A stretch of 64,000 nucleotides of DNA from the human T2T-CHM13v2.0 reference genome, Homo sapiens (GCF_009914755.1 NC_060925.1); one strand, 5' to 3'; positions 45,671 to 62,260 are shown, counted from the first letter of the stretch. Made by a program: numbers and translations. The notes: generated by a model from the sequence alone, not told the origin.

Positions 45671-46806
45671 GTTACTCTTTTGATATTACCAGGGACACCT
45701 GGATTTCTACTGATTTTAATGAGAATACCTTCTGTATTCACCATTAAATATGATGGTAGTTGCTGGTTTTAGCTCGATATTATTTGTCATGCTGATTAAG
45801 TGGACTTGCATTCCTAGCTTTCAAAGAGGTTTTCTTTCCTTTTTAATAAGGAGTGGGTGTTGCATGTTATCTAATACATTGTCAGTGTGTGGCTATTTAT
45901 AAGTTCTGTGTGATTATACCATTTATCTATATAAATGTCCCCTTTGTTCTATTTAATAATGCTTTTCCCCCTTCTGAATTCCACTTTGAATTTGAATTCT
46001 ACTTTGTCTGAAATAGATCCTGCCACCCCTGCTTTTAAAAAGAAAAAAATCTTTTTGCTTGTATTATTTAACTTTTTTGCCTATCCCTCCCTTTTTAATC
46101 TTTTCATACCATTGCTTTTCAGTGTCTCGAGCAGTAAGACATTTAACAATTATCAGCCCCATGCTTACTTTGTGCCAGACACTGGATTAAACAAAAATGG
46201 AAAAAGAGGATAGAATGTGCTGGAAGGGGTACATTCAAACCCAGTCTGAACTGGCCACTGCTGTGAGCAGGTTTGGGGACAGCAGTAGATCCTAGAAGGG
46301 CCTGACCAGCTGGGGAAACTGGCCAGGCTGTCCAGAGGTGACAAGAGGATTGTCACCCAGACTTGCCCAAGAAGAGTGAATCTGAGTCTTGGAGAGAACA
46401 GGAGTTTGGGTTCTTCTGGGCCCAGATGGCCTCAGGGCTCCCTGGAATTTGGGGACCCCACAGTTGGTCGCCACCATGAATTGAGGAGCCTTGCTTCTCT
46501 CCACACTGTCTTTTCCCTGCCTCCTCGTGGCTTCTGCTTCACTCATTCACTCATTCTGTCAGTGAATGATTCTTCAGCACCTGCCCTGCATAGGATGCCA
46601 TTGTAGGTGCTGGGAAATCAACGGGAAGAAGATGGAAAACGAGACTTCCCTTATGAAGCTTCTGTTCTACAGAGGTGGGCAGACATGGCCAGAAAAAGCA
46701 CAAGGCCATTTCCAATGGTGGAAGGGCCAGGACTGCTGCCCTTTCTGATAGCTTCTCTTTACACTTAGGAGAAAATTCAGGGCCCCATAATCCCTAGGCC
46801 CTACAT

Positions 46807-48472
46807 AACCACACATGCACACACCACAAACCACACACACACACCACACACACCACACACCACACGCTACACACACCATGCACATACCACAAACCACACA
46901 CACACCACACACACACCACACATTACACACACCACACAGACACCACACACCACACAAACATCACACACCACAGACACATCACACACCACACACACACCAC
47001 ACATACACAGCACACAGCTCACGCATACACAGCACACACATCACACATACACATACCACATACACACCACACACACACCACAAACCACATATACACAGCA
47101 CACACATCACACAAACACATACCACATACACACCACACACCGTACATACACAGCATACACATTACACATACACACACGACACACCACACACAGACCACAC
47201 ACCACACAGATACAGCACAGAGACACTACACATACCACATACACACTACACACCACACACACACCACACATACACAGCGCACATACACACACCACACACA
47301 CCACATACAAACCACATACCACATACACACCACACATATACCACACAGACACCATACATACATGCACCACACACCACACATACGCTACACACACCACACA
47401 CCACACATCCATGTACCACATATATGCTACACACAGCACACACACACACCACACATCCATGTACCACATATATGCTACACACACCACACACACACCACAC
47501 ATGCCACACATATACAGCACACATACACACAACACACATATACCACACATACCATGCACACACCACACACACTGCACACACATACACCACACACACCACA
47601 CACACTACATAACACACACACCACACATCACATGCATCACATATACACCACACACACCACACACATACACCACACATACCACACACAGCACATATACAAC
47701 ACACACATACACCACACACACCACGCACACCGCACACATACACCACACACACCACAGACATACACCACACACACCATACATACATCACACACAATATACA
47801 CACCACACATACAATATACCCACCACACACACCACGCATATACCACACACACCACATAACACACTACACAAACCATATATACAGCACATACTACACATAC
47901 ACAGTGCAAACATTACACACACACCATACACCACACACCACACAAATACACCACACACACACACCACACACATACACCACATACACCACACACACACTAC
48001 ATACCACACACACCACACATACACCACACATACCACATACACCACACATACACTGCATACCACACACACCACACATACACCACACACACCACATATACAC
48101 CACACACATACACCACACACACTGTACATGCATCACACACAACATACACACCACATATACAATATACCCACCACACACACCACACATATACCACACACAC
48201 CACATAACACACTACACAAACCATATACATACCACACACTACACATACACAGCACAAACATTACACACACACCATATACACACTACAAGCCACAAATATA
48301 TCACACACACCACATACAGCACACACACCACATGTGCACACACATCACACACACCACACGTGCACACACATCACACATATGCACTCACATCACACATATA
48401 CCGCCCATATATCACACACGTACACACACCATACCCATGTGTGAGCACGCACAGCACACACACATGCACACC
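46807..48472 (+). repeat. 1.67-kb CA-rich degenerate simple repeat (CACAC/CA)n
   Basis: Almost G-free top strand; source of the His/Thr- and Val/Cys-rich spurious ORFs. Confidence 0.95.
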
Positions 48473-51400
48473 ACTACCTCTGCCATCCCCCACCACTTGC
48501 TCGCTGCAGCCTCTTGACCTGGACATTCCTTAATCAGGTCCCGGCCCTCTTCTCCTCAGTGCCTTTGCCCTGGCTGTTCCCTTCTTCCCTAGACGTTCGC
48601 ACAGCTTGTCCCCCACCTCTCTCAGGCCTGTTGGAATGTCACTTCATCCACGCAGCCTTTCTGGACCACCTCTCTAGGAAGGCGTGCCCCTCCCTCCCAC
48701 CTGATCCTTCGGCCCTTTGCCTTGTTTTATTCTGCCTCGGGGAATCTTAGGACTGCCTGCCCCGTGCTGTACACTCATCTGTGTCTTTGCCTATTGTCTT
48801 CTCAATCAGACTTTCTCTGAAATCCCCAGCGTGGAAACCAGGCACAACACAAAGTAGATACTCAATGAGTATTTGCTGAAAGAACGGAAGATGAAAGCAA
48901 CACCTGGTGTGGGTTGTGATGGTTCTACAGAATGACTTGGACAAGGGGGCTCCCAGAGAAAAGGAGAAGAGAGGAAGAGCTGAGCTGCTCAGGTCCCATC
49001 CATTCACATCCGACTCACCACTCTGTATCTCATTCCACCTCCTTGGGGAGGAAGATGGGGTGGGGAAAGAAGAGTGGGGAGAAGCCCTCCCTCCCACAAT
49101 GTATGTTGTTTCATCTTGTTTCAGACTCATGCTTGTATGATTTTTGTCTTTATCCTTATAATTTGAGTTTTGCCAGAATGTGCCTGGAAATGGTGCCCCT
49201 TTCATTAATTTTGCCTGAAATATGATATAATATCTCTACGTGCTCCCTACATCTTCTCCAATTCCATGAAGATGTCTTATTTCTTATATTCTTATGTCTG
49301 ATTTCATTATAGATTTTCTTGTTCTGCATTCTGGGAGAGCTTCTCAAATTCATACTCAGGCCATTGATCAGGAATCAGTCATTAATCTGCAATGATGATT
49401 GTGTTCTTTTTGGCCTCATGGCTGAATTTTAATTCTGCAACTGCAACTTTCATTTCCTTTCAATACTTCTTTGTCTCCTCAGTCCCATCTCCAGGTCAGG
49501 GTTGTGTCTCAAGACAATTCTCTTTCAACCTCAACCCCTTCTCTCCTAGGATGTTCTATTCTTCTTCTCCTTGGGCCATGTCTTCTGGCTTTGTCTTCTA
49601 AACTTTTCTTCTGGTTCCTAGAGTAAATCATTTTCAGAAGCACGTATTTCCCCTGAATATTATGGATGTTTCATTCATTCATTCAACAATGCAATTTATT
49701 GACTGCCCATCCAGGGCTGAGCACTGAATTAGTCTCAGGAGCAGCCCAGAGCCAGCAAGTCCCTGTCCCCATAGATGATAGAATCAAATGGGGAAATTAG
49801 GCAATTATACAGGTAATTTTAATTAAGTGTGACAAGTGCCATAAATAAGATGTGGGCAGGGTTATAGCACAGTGTATAGTATGAGCACACAACCGTGGCT
49901 GGGCAGAGAGGGAGTGGGTAGGTAGAGGTTGCTACCTGCTCTTATGCTGAGCTGTTGCTTTTTCTTAATACTCATGTTTTTGAATTTGGGTCCCTCCACC
50001 CCCATCTTTGGTCACTGTCAATGGCTTCTTGTGTGATGACAGTTGGGATGTTGAGTTCCCCATGTACTTCCTCTCACTGTCTATTTGGGTGTCATGCCAG
50101 TCCCCCTTCAGGTCAATAGGCAGGTGACATGTTGATGTACACAGCCTCTGGTCCAATCTCCAGTGTGGCAAGGCAGGTCCTTTCGTGCCTAGCTGCCAAC
50201 ATTAGGTGTAATAGTCTATCCCCACTGCCTTACTTCTGACCTCCTGAACCAATCTGTAATGTCCAAGCAAAACCAAAATCTCCAGGAAGCATTGTTTTTT
50301 GCACCCTTCAGGAGTAAATATGTCCAGAGTGGACAATTTAATTCTAAAATGTGACCCCTTTCAGTACAAATTAAAATGCATTCGGTGCAGCATTTATGGG
50401 AAACTATGGAAGGCATATTGCATTTCCAGTGCTCTCTGGTCATTGGGAGAGATAGCCTGGGTGATGTGGGGAGGTAGAGAATTCTGGGAACTTCCCCCAC
50501 AGCTGACCCACTAGAATGTGGAGCACAGAGAGCACCAGTGAATCTGATTCTAAGGAAGGAAAAACAAAAATTCATTTCTCAAAGGAAAGAAGAAGAAATG
50601 AAACTCAGGCTAGTGGAGAAAGAGAATACAGCAAGGTTTCAAGGAGTTCAGATAAATATTTAAACTTGGAAGGCATTATGAGTTTCCCAGAACGGTATGC
50701 ATCATTAATTCCCAGGCAGTCAGGTTAACAATGAGCTGCTAAAGAGATGACCTCTTGAATTATTCTTTTAATGGATTTCCCAGGTTAAAGTAGATTTCAT
50801 TGAAGGTCAATCAATAGACAATTTTACCCAGGCCTGGTGATTAAAAGAAAACCATAAAGAAATCCTGTGACAGTAATCATTTTGGCTCAATCAGACCTTC
50901 CTTTCAACCTGAAAAGCCCTAGATGAAGGCCACAGCATGGATTAGGGCAGGGGCTCCTGGTTCTATTTTCCATTAATCCCCTCATCCTGAGTGAGTTTTA
51001 ACTACCCCTGCCCCTTTAGCCAGATGGCTCACTCCACACCCCCAGGCAAAGAGAAGAAATTCATGCTCCTTTCCTTTCTGGTAGATGAGGCACACTGGAA
51101 TAATTTAAATTAACAGTGTAGATCTAGCTTATTTCTTGAATTCCCAATGATTGGTCACAGTGAATTAGCATGAGTCAGAATTTTAGTTTGACAGAAGTGA
51201 TTATATTAGGATCCCTGTGAGTCTCTGGGTCTCTCCAACTCTCCTTCTTTATTAGAAGTAGCCTCGGGAAATCAGGAGGAAATGAGATGCCCAGGAACAT
51301 GTATCTCAGTGATCCACCATTGACTTGGTTAGGAAATTTGGGGTAGAGGAGGGCTTCTCGAAAATGAAATTGCCTTCAGGTCTTGCCAGTTGATGCAAAA

Positions 51401-53839
51401 TGCATCGAGGAATTATAACATTGGAAGGAAAGGGGGCTTTCCTTTCTCCATCATTTATCTTCAGGGAGTCAGTGGAACCAACGTTCTTTCTTTGAAAGGT
51501 GGGTCTTTAAGAGTGAAATATTGAATCTTTCTTTCCTTTTTCTTTCTTTTCTTAATAGTCCACGACTTTTTCTAAAAGTGTGTTTTACCTGATCCAGCAT
51601 TTTGAGTTTATTAGACAGGATTTTTCCAAGGCTTGCTATTTATTTTCACAGTCTCGCTTTTCACCGATTCAAGACAATGAAGAAGAAAGATCCTTGTTGC
51701 CATGTGGTTATTTTGAATAAATTAGGCTTTAAAGGGGCTGCTGGTTTTCAGTTCACACACACAATCGAACTCTGCTGTAGTTTCCATATTTATAAAAAAT
51801 CCCTGCTGTGAAGCTAACAAGGAAAAAGCCTCTGAATCTCTTCTTTCTGCTTATCAAGAATCAAAATAGAAACAAGGAATGTTTGAAATAATACAGAAAT
51901 GGCACTGAGGAATGTGAACATTCTGGGGGGAAGGGAATAACTTATGTGTTGTTGGGGGTGCTTGTGCATGCGAATATAAAAATTGATATTCATAGACTCG
52001 TTAACCACAGTGTTAGGGGGCTAGAGATTTGATTTAATCCTTGATATTTTTATTTTCATAAAGGCCAGAGAAAAAAGGTGTTTCCTTTGGAGACAAGAAT
52101 AGCTTCTTGAAAGACTTTAGTTATTATTGCTGTTGAAAAGGTTCGTGATCACTTTTGAATACATTATTATAATGATAGATGAGGAACAGTGACAAAGAAA
52201 ATAGAAGCCTAATTTTTGATTCCCTTGAAATTTTCAGCTCTGAAGCAGCTCGGCAGCGACTCTAAGAATACTACTGGGCTCTCTCAGTCACACTGAAGCA
52301 TCTTTTCTGAGTTGAGACATAGGTGAAAATGTGTGCGCGCCTACATGCAAAGCGTGATATTCACATGTACATTCTTAAACATGTAGCATCAGCATTTGAA
52401 AGGCTTACCAAAAAAAGAAAAAAAAAAAGCTGGAATTCAAACCCAGAAACCAGGAAGCAGCTGCAGAAATACCTAGGTGTGACTCTACAGAGATTCTGGC
52501 TCCCTTTCCAGATGCATTGATCTTAGAACTTGACAACTGAGAAATGGATCTTTACCATTCTTTTTGCCTAAAGTATTATATATACTTGAATGCAACATTG
52601 TGTTTTATTTTCCAACTCTGCCAAGATTCAATCTACTGGTATTGAATATCCACCAAAAGAATGCTAGACTATTACAAAGCATGCACAAAAGAGGTACAGA
52701 AAACCCATACGCCTTATTCTCTCTCCAACTCTGATAGCGATAAAACACCGACTTCACCCTTTACACTCAGAGATTCTGACTAATAAGCAGAGACAGATAG
52801 GAGAAAGTGAAATTGAATCTCAATTATAAGAGATATAAGAGAATGACTGTTTTTATTGCAGTTGTAGAGTTTGGTCTTTTCTATGCTTTACTTAATTCTG
52901 TTACTAAAAAAAAAAAAAAAAAAAAAAAAAAAGATCTTTTTTGTTTAAATTCAGCTGCAAGAGCCTAAAGAGGTTTGAATAGTGGCAAACTGTAATAAAT
53001 CATTTTAAAAGGGAAAAGATTTCACAAAAGTAAATCAGAGTCATTTCCCTACCTTAGAACTTGAGTTTCCATTACTTCCAGGAGGTTTTCAACTTCAGGA
53101 TGAATAGAGTCACCAGAAGAATAATTTATTTCAGTTTAAAGTTGGCCATATGAATGAGTATGGAATTTGAAACAGAGTAAAATAATAGGACATTTAATAC
53201 TGCTTGTCAAAGACTACTTACCCATTCAGCCTATGAAGATATATACTTGGAGAACCAGATTGTCAACAGAATTAAGAATCTGGAAGACTTAGAGGGTTAG
53301 GGCTTGGCTTCCAATACAGCCACCCGATCAACATATTGACTATTGCTTGGCCCTTTGGGAACTATTGGGTGGCTGATCCAATTTGAGATGGAAAAAAAAA
53401 AAGAGGAAGAAGAAGAATCTTCAATGTAGAAGAAAAGGCAGAGTGACAAAAACCCATCATTAGAAAGAAGTCATGTTAATTCCTTGCCCATGGTCTCGTA
53501 ACATATTTTAATGACTTCCTATGCCTTCTGGTTAAAACTCAAGCTTTGCAGCCTGGCACCAATTTCTATCCGGTTTCCCTTGCCTGTACTTTTACAAGCT
53601 GCTTCTCCTTCACCTCATTCGTATTCAATGTCTGGGACTCAGTTCAAGGCTCTTACTTTGGAAACGTTCCCTGACTTTGCTCACTGATCCCTTCTCCAGT
53701 TTTCTTCTTTCACATTACCATAGCACCTTGAATTTACAAGGCACAAAATCCATGGCTCGTCAGTGTTCTTTTATGCCTCTACTCCATCATAAGCTCCTAG
53801 CTCAAAGGACTCGTTCCTCCACCTCCTATTGGTAGCACT

Positions 53840-54641
<802 letters not shown>

Positions 54642-56019
54642 ATTGCCAAGCAGAATCCCCAGCAAATCTAGGAATCTGTAAATATTTGGTGAGTGTGTTT
54701 ATAAAACTAAGATCATGCCAAAGTGGACATAGGGTGACTGGAGTTCTGATGCTAGCTCTAGCTCAGGCCAGTCGTGTGAGTTCAGGCAATGCTAAAAGCC
54801 CCCACCTCTCAACTTTTCCCAAACATAAAAGAAAGCTTAGATGCAGAGACCGCTTCTACAATCCCCATCACTGCTAAGTGCACTTCTCTTGCACATCTCA
54901 CTTTTTGGGGTGGATGCTCACTTCTCTCCCCCACCCAAGTCTTAGATAGGGAGAAGGCTGCCTTGAGGCTCTGCCATGGGATCGATTCCTCCTAAGCTAG
55001 AAGATATTGATCCCGTGACAATTGCTGTCCTGCCTTTCTTTCTGGGAGGAGCTGGCTGTGGGCGCCAGGATTGTGCAAAAGGGAGGTGTTTCTGAATAAC
55101 AGTGGTGCATTGTCTCATTATCGATTGTTCTGCAGTCTAACTGGGTTAGATGGGTGCACATTTCAGACCCCTCCCAAGCAAACCAAATCCTTTAAAGGGA
55201 GAGAGGCAGGTGTAGACAGGACAGGGTTATTTTATTTCATATGAAGATGCTGAGCTCCTGATGAGTTACATTTTTATTTCTTTTTGAATGCTAAAAATGA
55301 CTGATGGCCACAGTCCTGGCAGTGACCCTGGCTTGGCCCTAGTGGCTTGGGCCTCAGTTGTACTCCAGGTCTTGTCCTTGCCAGCCTGTCCTGAAACCCT
55401 CACTGAGCTTAGCGGTGTGCTCACATCTCCTGGGAATGTTCTGCCCCTGGCCGAGCTCTGCATCTGGCTAACTTCTCCAGCAGGCGCAGTAGCAGAGGCC
55501 CACCACGCTGTTCAAGGCACCTGATGTTTCATTAATCAAAAATGTTTTAATTTCTTTTAAACTTAGAAAAACGTGAATAGAATAAGTGAATTCATATAAT
55601 AATGAATTAAGTTGCATTATATGTCTTTATGTCATTGTGTTTGTAAAATATAATTTTTAATACTTTCTATGAAAGAGAAGGCCACAAAGGCAAAAGCACC
55701 CAGGGCCCCCAAGTCATGATGCTACCCTGCCCTGCAGAATGCCAGCAATGAAGTATTCCTTGGGCAAATAAAGTCTGGGAACTCAAGGGCCACACCTCCC
55801 CTGGGAGAGTCATATCCTACGCTGGCATGTCAAAGAGCCAGAGCCGTGCTGCAGTGGGAAAATCTGTTTCACTTCCTTTAAGCCAACTATTCCCAAACGT
55901 ATTTGCACACAGAACACTTGCAGAAACACCGACCTAAACTTTACTTGTTTTATTTCTCTTTTCAGCCTAGATAATTTCTCAAAACTTAAGTAGTACAACC
56001 TTGTATTTATTTTGTAAAT

Positions 56020-56652
56020 GTCCCTTGGGAAATTTATAGTTATAGATGCCTATTTTTTAAAAGAAGCAAGATCTCAAATTAATAACCTAAACTTCCACTT
56101 TAAGGAATTAGAAAACCAAGAGCAAACTAAACTCCAAGCAAGCAGAAGGAAGGAAATAATAAAAACTGGAACCGAAACACATGAAAGATAGAATAGAAAG
56201 ATGATAGAGAAAATCGAAGAAACCAAAAGTGGGTTCTTTCAAAAGATCAACAAGATTGATAACACTCACAAAGAAAAATGAAGACTCAAATGACTTAAAC
56301 CAGGAATGAAAAAGTAGACATTACTACCTACCTCATAAAATAAAACAGATTATAAATAAAACAGAGTATGAGGAAATACTATGCACATTGTATGTCAACA
56401 AATGATATAGCCTAGATGAAATGGGAAAATTCCTGGAAGACACAAACTACAGAAACTGACTCAAGAATACATTGAAAATCTAAATTGACTTATAACAAGT
56501 AGAGAGATTAATTTCTAGTTTTAAAAAGTTCCCACAAAGAAAAGCCCAGGCCCAAATGGATTCACTGGTGAATTCTACTAAATGTTTAAAGAAGAATAAA
56601 TACCAATTCTTCACAGACTTTTTCATAACCTAAAAAGAGCATCTGCAAAAAA

Positions 56653-56683
<31 letters not shown>

Positions 56684-57695
56684 AAATAATAATAAAAGCC
56701 CACAATTAACATGATACTTAATGGTGAAAGAATGAATGTTTTCCCTCCAAGATCAGAAATAAGACAAAGATATTCATTCTCACTACTCCCATTTAACATT
56801 GTACTGGAGGTTCTAGCCAGCGCAATTAAGCAAGAGAAAGAAAAAAGTATCCAGATTGGAAAAGTAGATCTATTTGCAGAAGCCATGGCCTGGTATATAG
56901 GAAATCCTAAGGAATGACTCACACACATACTCAAAACCATCAGAATTAACAAATAAGTTCAACGAAGTTGTAAGATACAAGATCAATCTTGTATCTTCCA
57001 TCAAGATATAAGATGTAAGATACAAAATCAATTCTATTTCTATACATTAGCGATGTACTATCCAGAAATAAAATTTTAAAAACAATTCCTTTTAGATTGG
57101 AATCAAAAAGAACAAAACACTTTGGTATAAAGTCAACAACAGAGGTGCAAGAATTCTACACTAAGGACTACAAAACATGTTGATGGAAATTAAGGAAGAC
57201 TGAAATAGATGAAAATAGTCTTCCATGATCATGAATTGAAAGAGTTAATATTGATAAATGGCAATACTCCCCAAAGTGATCTATGGATTCAACACAAGCA
57301 CTAACAAAATCCCGGCTGTAATCAATCTAAGCAATGGAAGATTATTCAGCCATAAAAACGAAGGACTGATCTGTGCTACAACATGGGTGCACCTTGAAAA
57401 CATTCTGCTAAGTGAAAGAATCCAGTCATATTGTATGATTTCACTTATATGCAATATTGAGAATAGCCAAATCAATAGAAACAGCAGATCAGTTCTTCCT
57501 GGGACCAAGGGAGGGGAGAATGAAGAGAGACTAGTAATGATTACAGATTTTTGAGGGTTGGGTTATGAAGAAGTTTTGAAATTAGTTAGTGGTGATGGTT
57601 GCACTACTCTCTGAACATACTAAAAGCCACTGAACTGTAGACTTTAAAAAAGGTAAATTTTATGATATGTGAATTATATCTTAATAAAGCTGTTT
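56020..57695 (+). mobile_element. L1M (MB/MC-like) ORF2 fragments plus 3' end, internally deleted
   Basis: agaactagaaaa-like, gttctttcaaaagatcaacaag, ggattcactggtgaattcta, aacattgtactggaggttctagccag, ggcaatactcccca, tatatcttaataaagc; ORF 56711-56917 gives L1 ORF2-like FNIVLEVLA. Confidence 0.85.
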
Positions 57696-58754
57696 TTTTT
57701 TTAATGTCCCCTGAGAGCCACTGCCAGGAATGCCCCTCGTGGGTCTGTTCCAGTATGTAATGAAATCTGTGCTTGTCCTCTCCAACCCCTTCGGGACTTT
57801 CCTCTGCTAACTCTGCATCTTTCCAGACTGAAGAGTCTTGATATCTTCATTCATTTATTCACTGATTCATTCATTCACCACATATCAACTGAATTGTGCT
57901 TTGTGCTAGACCTGAAGGCAATAGTTTTGAAGAAGACAGACCTGGTCCTTGCCCTCAGACAAGCTTACAATCCAGCATATATGCATTTAGAATTAAATTC
58001 TCAATTTCTGGGTTTTTTTAGGTCATCTCTTGCAGGGTAAGGGCAGGAGTAGGGGGTAGAGAAACCATGAGCTCTCTTCTTTAGAGCCCTCTGTTCAGGT
58101 CTCCAGTAAACCCTACTCCTGGGGGCCTACCAAAATGTTATCTTCTGGCAAACGGTCAGTTTAAAAGGTTTACTTTTTATGCTTCCTCTATTTTAGTTGA
58201 GGACTGAACTAAACTAAACCTCCAACGTCTGCTGGGCTCCTGGTATGTCCTGAGCACTGTGTGATGACCACAGCATCCCTGCAAGGTGGGTCAGAGCAAC
58301 AGAAAAAGTAAAATACAGACATTGACAGACACTTACTATGTGCCTGGTACCATGCAGGGCTTTTACAAGCATCATCTCATTCCATCCTCCCACTAACTTT
58401 ATGATCCCTATTTTATGAACACCCTTCAGAGAGAGTTGCTCAATGACACAGTTAATGAGTTGACAGCCAGAACTTTCACTTCAGCTTCACCTGGCTCTAA
58501 AACCCACGATCATTCTTCTCTCCTGTGCTTCTTCTTGGATCTGCTTTCAGAATACCTAAATGTCTTTCAGACCCAAATGAATGAACCTCTAATGCAGGCT
58601 CAGGGGTCCTGGGGCAGGTAGGTGGAATATGGGCGGTTCACATTTCTGGCTCCTGCACCCACCAGCTAAGTGCTTTTGCCTCCATTTCCTCCTCTAGGAA
58701 ATGGGTCAATAGCAACGCCAATCTCAGAGAGGTATTATTAAGATTCAATGAACT

Positions 58755-59073
<319 letters not shown>

Positions 59074-59488
59074 TTACAGCATATCCTGGCTATACTAGAT
59101 GATCAATAAATATTCATTGTAATTCCACATCAAAACACACAGACTTAACAGCAGTTACAATGAATCCTCCACCTGATTGACTTACCAGATGCTGGCCACC
59201 ATGCTGGACATTCACCGTCTCCCATGTCCAACCCTCCTAACCCCTATGCAAGCAGAGAACAGTTATTATTCCCATTTTACAGATGAGAAATCCAAGGCTA
59301 AAATTGCAAAGGCTAAGATGTAAGCCAGATTTGATGAACCTATGCTAATACCCTCCTCCTCTTAGGGCCAGGGGCTCACTGCATTCCTCAGGACTTGGAA
59401 TCACTTTCTTCTCCAGAAAACTTCCCACCCCCTGGTCTGATCACATCATGGTATCTAAACAGCCCTGGTCATAGCAGTGAGCTGTAAC

Positions 59489-59653
59489 CTGGCCCAGTAC
59501 AAGGGTGAGGCAAGAGAGGCACGTAGGACAAAACATTTAAGGAAGCCCTCACTCTCAAGGTTGCACAGGGGTAGGGCTGGCCTCCGAATTTTCACACCTC
59601 CTTAAATGTCGTGCCCTAGTCGCTTTGATTGACTCACTCTAATCCAGACCCTG
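59489..59653. mobile_element. MER96-like hAT MITE
   Basis: agggtgaggcaag..., atttaaggaagccctcactctca and the mirrored ctccttaaat...gccctag...ctcactcta...ccctg. Confidence 0.65.
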
Positions 59654-60429
59654 AATGTATCTCCAATCAAGAAGTCCCCAGAGCTTGTCATAATGAGGAC
59701 AAAGTATCACGGTTTGTGTTTGTAGCTGACAATTACCTTGTCTCTGAACAACAAGATGGAAACAGACTTGGGGGTAGTGTAGAAGGAAGACTCAGTGGAG
59801 TCTGGTATAATTTGGAGGCTGGCACTGGCCACATTTACCGTTAATTTAAAGCTGGGGGAGAGAGAAATTCGAAGAAAGCCGATGGTCTTGAGTTAAAATG
59901 CTACAGGATGTTAGAAAAGATGCGGGAATTCATGGAAACAAGTGAAAACTAGCATAATGAGGATTAATGAAATGCCAGGCATTTTCTCTTGTGGAGAAAG
60001 AAGCTACTGAGTAAGCACTTCCAACAAGCGAGTTCTCGTCGGCAAACTGAATTGCAGAAAGGAAGCCAGGAGAAGGTGCAACACGGAGTGGAAGCAGCTG
60101 ATACGATGGGATCTGCTACTCAAGGGGAGATGAGAGCTATCTGGGAGGAATAATTTTTGTAGGAAGAGAAGCTAATCAGGGGCAATGGGCTTCATCAGGT
60201 AAGTTGCATCAGCAACGCCCATCTTCCAGTCAAAGCTTTGAATTAACATAATCCTCTGTAATCGTCTAAATTCCAGAGTTCTTTGGAAACATTAATGAAG
60301 AATTTCCTGCTCCACCCTCTGAGGTAAAGTGCTGTAGGATAAATTTGTTCTCCCTTAATGGCCAAACTCATGTTCAGGTGGAGGCCAACAAATTAAAGGT
60401 TTTAAGTTCTTCTTGTATTAACTAGAATT

Positions 60430-60935
60430 GTTTAGGTTGCAAGTGATAGAACATGACTTGAACTAGCATAGACAGAATGGAGACCTGATTAGAAGGTTAC
60501 AGGGTGTCCCTGGAAACCCAAGGGCAGTGGAGAGCTGAGCCTTAGGAAGCAAATACCACCGAAAAGTGTAGCTCAGGAGGGAACTAGGGATGCCTTCTAC
60601 TTCCTCGTCCCTTTTCTGCTTCTGTGTAAAGGGGTTTTTCTGCTTCTCTGCCCACCTCTTAGGAAATGGCCACCTCGAATAACTCCCCACTTGAAGCCTC
60701 TCCTATTTCCAAGAATAGCCATGCTGATGGGCATCTCTTGGTCCCATTCTAAACTCCCAGAGAAAAGGCTCATGGGCCAGCCTAGGCCAGTGGCCATCCC
60801 TGAACAAATCAACCGTGGCCAGGAGGGTGGGTCTGAACATGGTTCCGCCCCTTCTAAGCAAGTGGATGGAAGGAGGAAAGGGCAGGTTCTAGAAGACAGG
60901 TCCTAGGCAGACAAGCCAATAGATGTCTACTATGC
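60430..60935 (-). mobile_element. Old MLT1-type LTR
   Basis: ggttgcaagtgatagaa start; atagatgtctactat end. Confidence 0.5.
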
Positions 60936-61029
60936 TTCTTCCTTCTGTGACATGTGATATCATCCACAATTGTGCGGCAATAATTGACTAAAGCAACGAA
61001 AACCTGAGATTGAATGCTCGAAAGTTCAC

Positions 61030-61670
<641 letters not shown>

Positions 61671-62019
61671 TGACCTAGAGGGTGAGGAGGACAGGCCAGA
61701 AAGATGATACCACTTGGGCAGATAATGATGTCTTTTTGTGCATCTGTGCCACACAGCGGGTTATTCTCTTTGCTTAAGAGGACATGTTTTTTCTTCTTTA
61801 CTTGGAAAACTCTTAGTCTTCAAGGCCCAGCTGATATAACCCATTTCTGTTAAACCAGACTTCACTCTCCCATGGTGACTTAATCACATCCTTCCTATAT
61901 TTCTATAGCAGTATATATGTCATACGATGCTATTACTATACATCACATGCCATGATCATCGTTTATACCTTTGTCTCTCCCACTGGCCTGTGAATTCCAG
62001 AGCAGAACCATGAGAACAG

Positions 62020-62260
62020 TATCATATGGTGGTTCAGACATCAGACTGCAGAGCCCCAAATCGCAGTTCTGCTGCGCACTCACCTGTAACCTCGAGCAAA
62101 TTGCTTTCTGTGCCTCAGTCCTTTCAACTGCCAAAGTGGGGATCATCATTATATTTATCTGGGTGGCTGTTGTGAGGATTGAATGAGGAAGCCCACATAA
62201 AGCATGGTATGGATTGCTGACACATCATAAGTGCCCGATAAATTTTAGCTCTCATTGTTA
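62020..62260 (+). mobile_element. MIR
   Basis: tctgtgcctcagtc, ggctgttgtgaggattgaatgag, tgctgacacat. Confidence 0.6.

Noticed and set aside
46667-48533. Long His/Thr-rich and Val/Cys-rich ORFs (up to 368 aa)
   Set aside because: Artefacts of a CA/GT low-complexity tract that rarely generates stop codons; open in several frames on both strands.
60163-60204. Perfect donor CAG|gtaagt with a possible 36-nt exon
   Set aside because: Weak upstream polypyrimidine tract; isolated consensus donors are common by chance.
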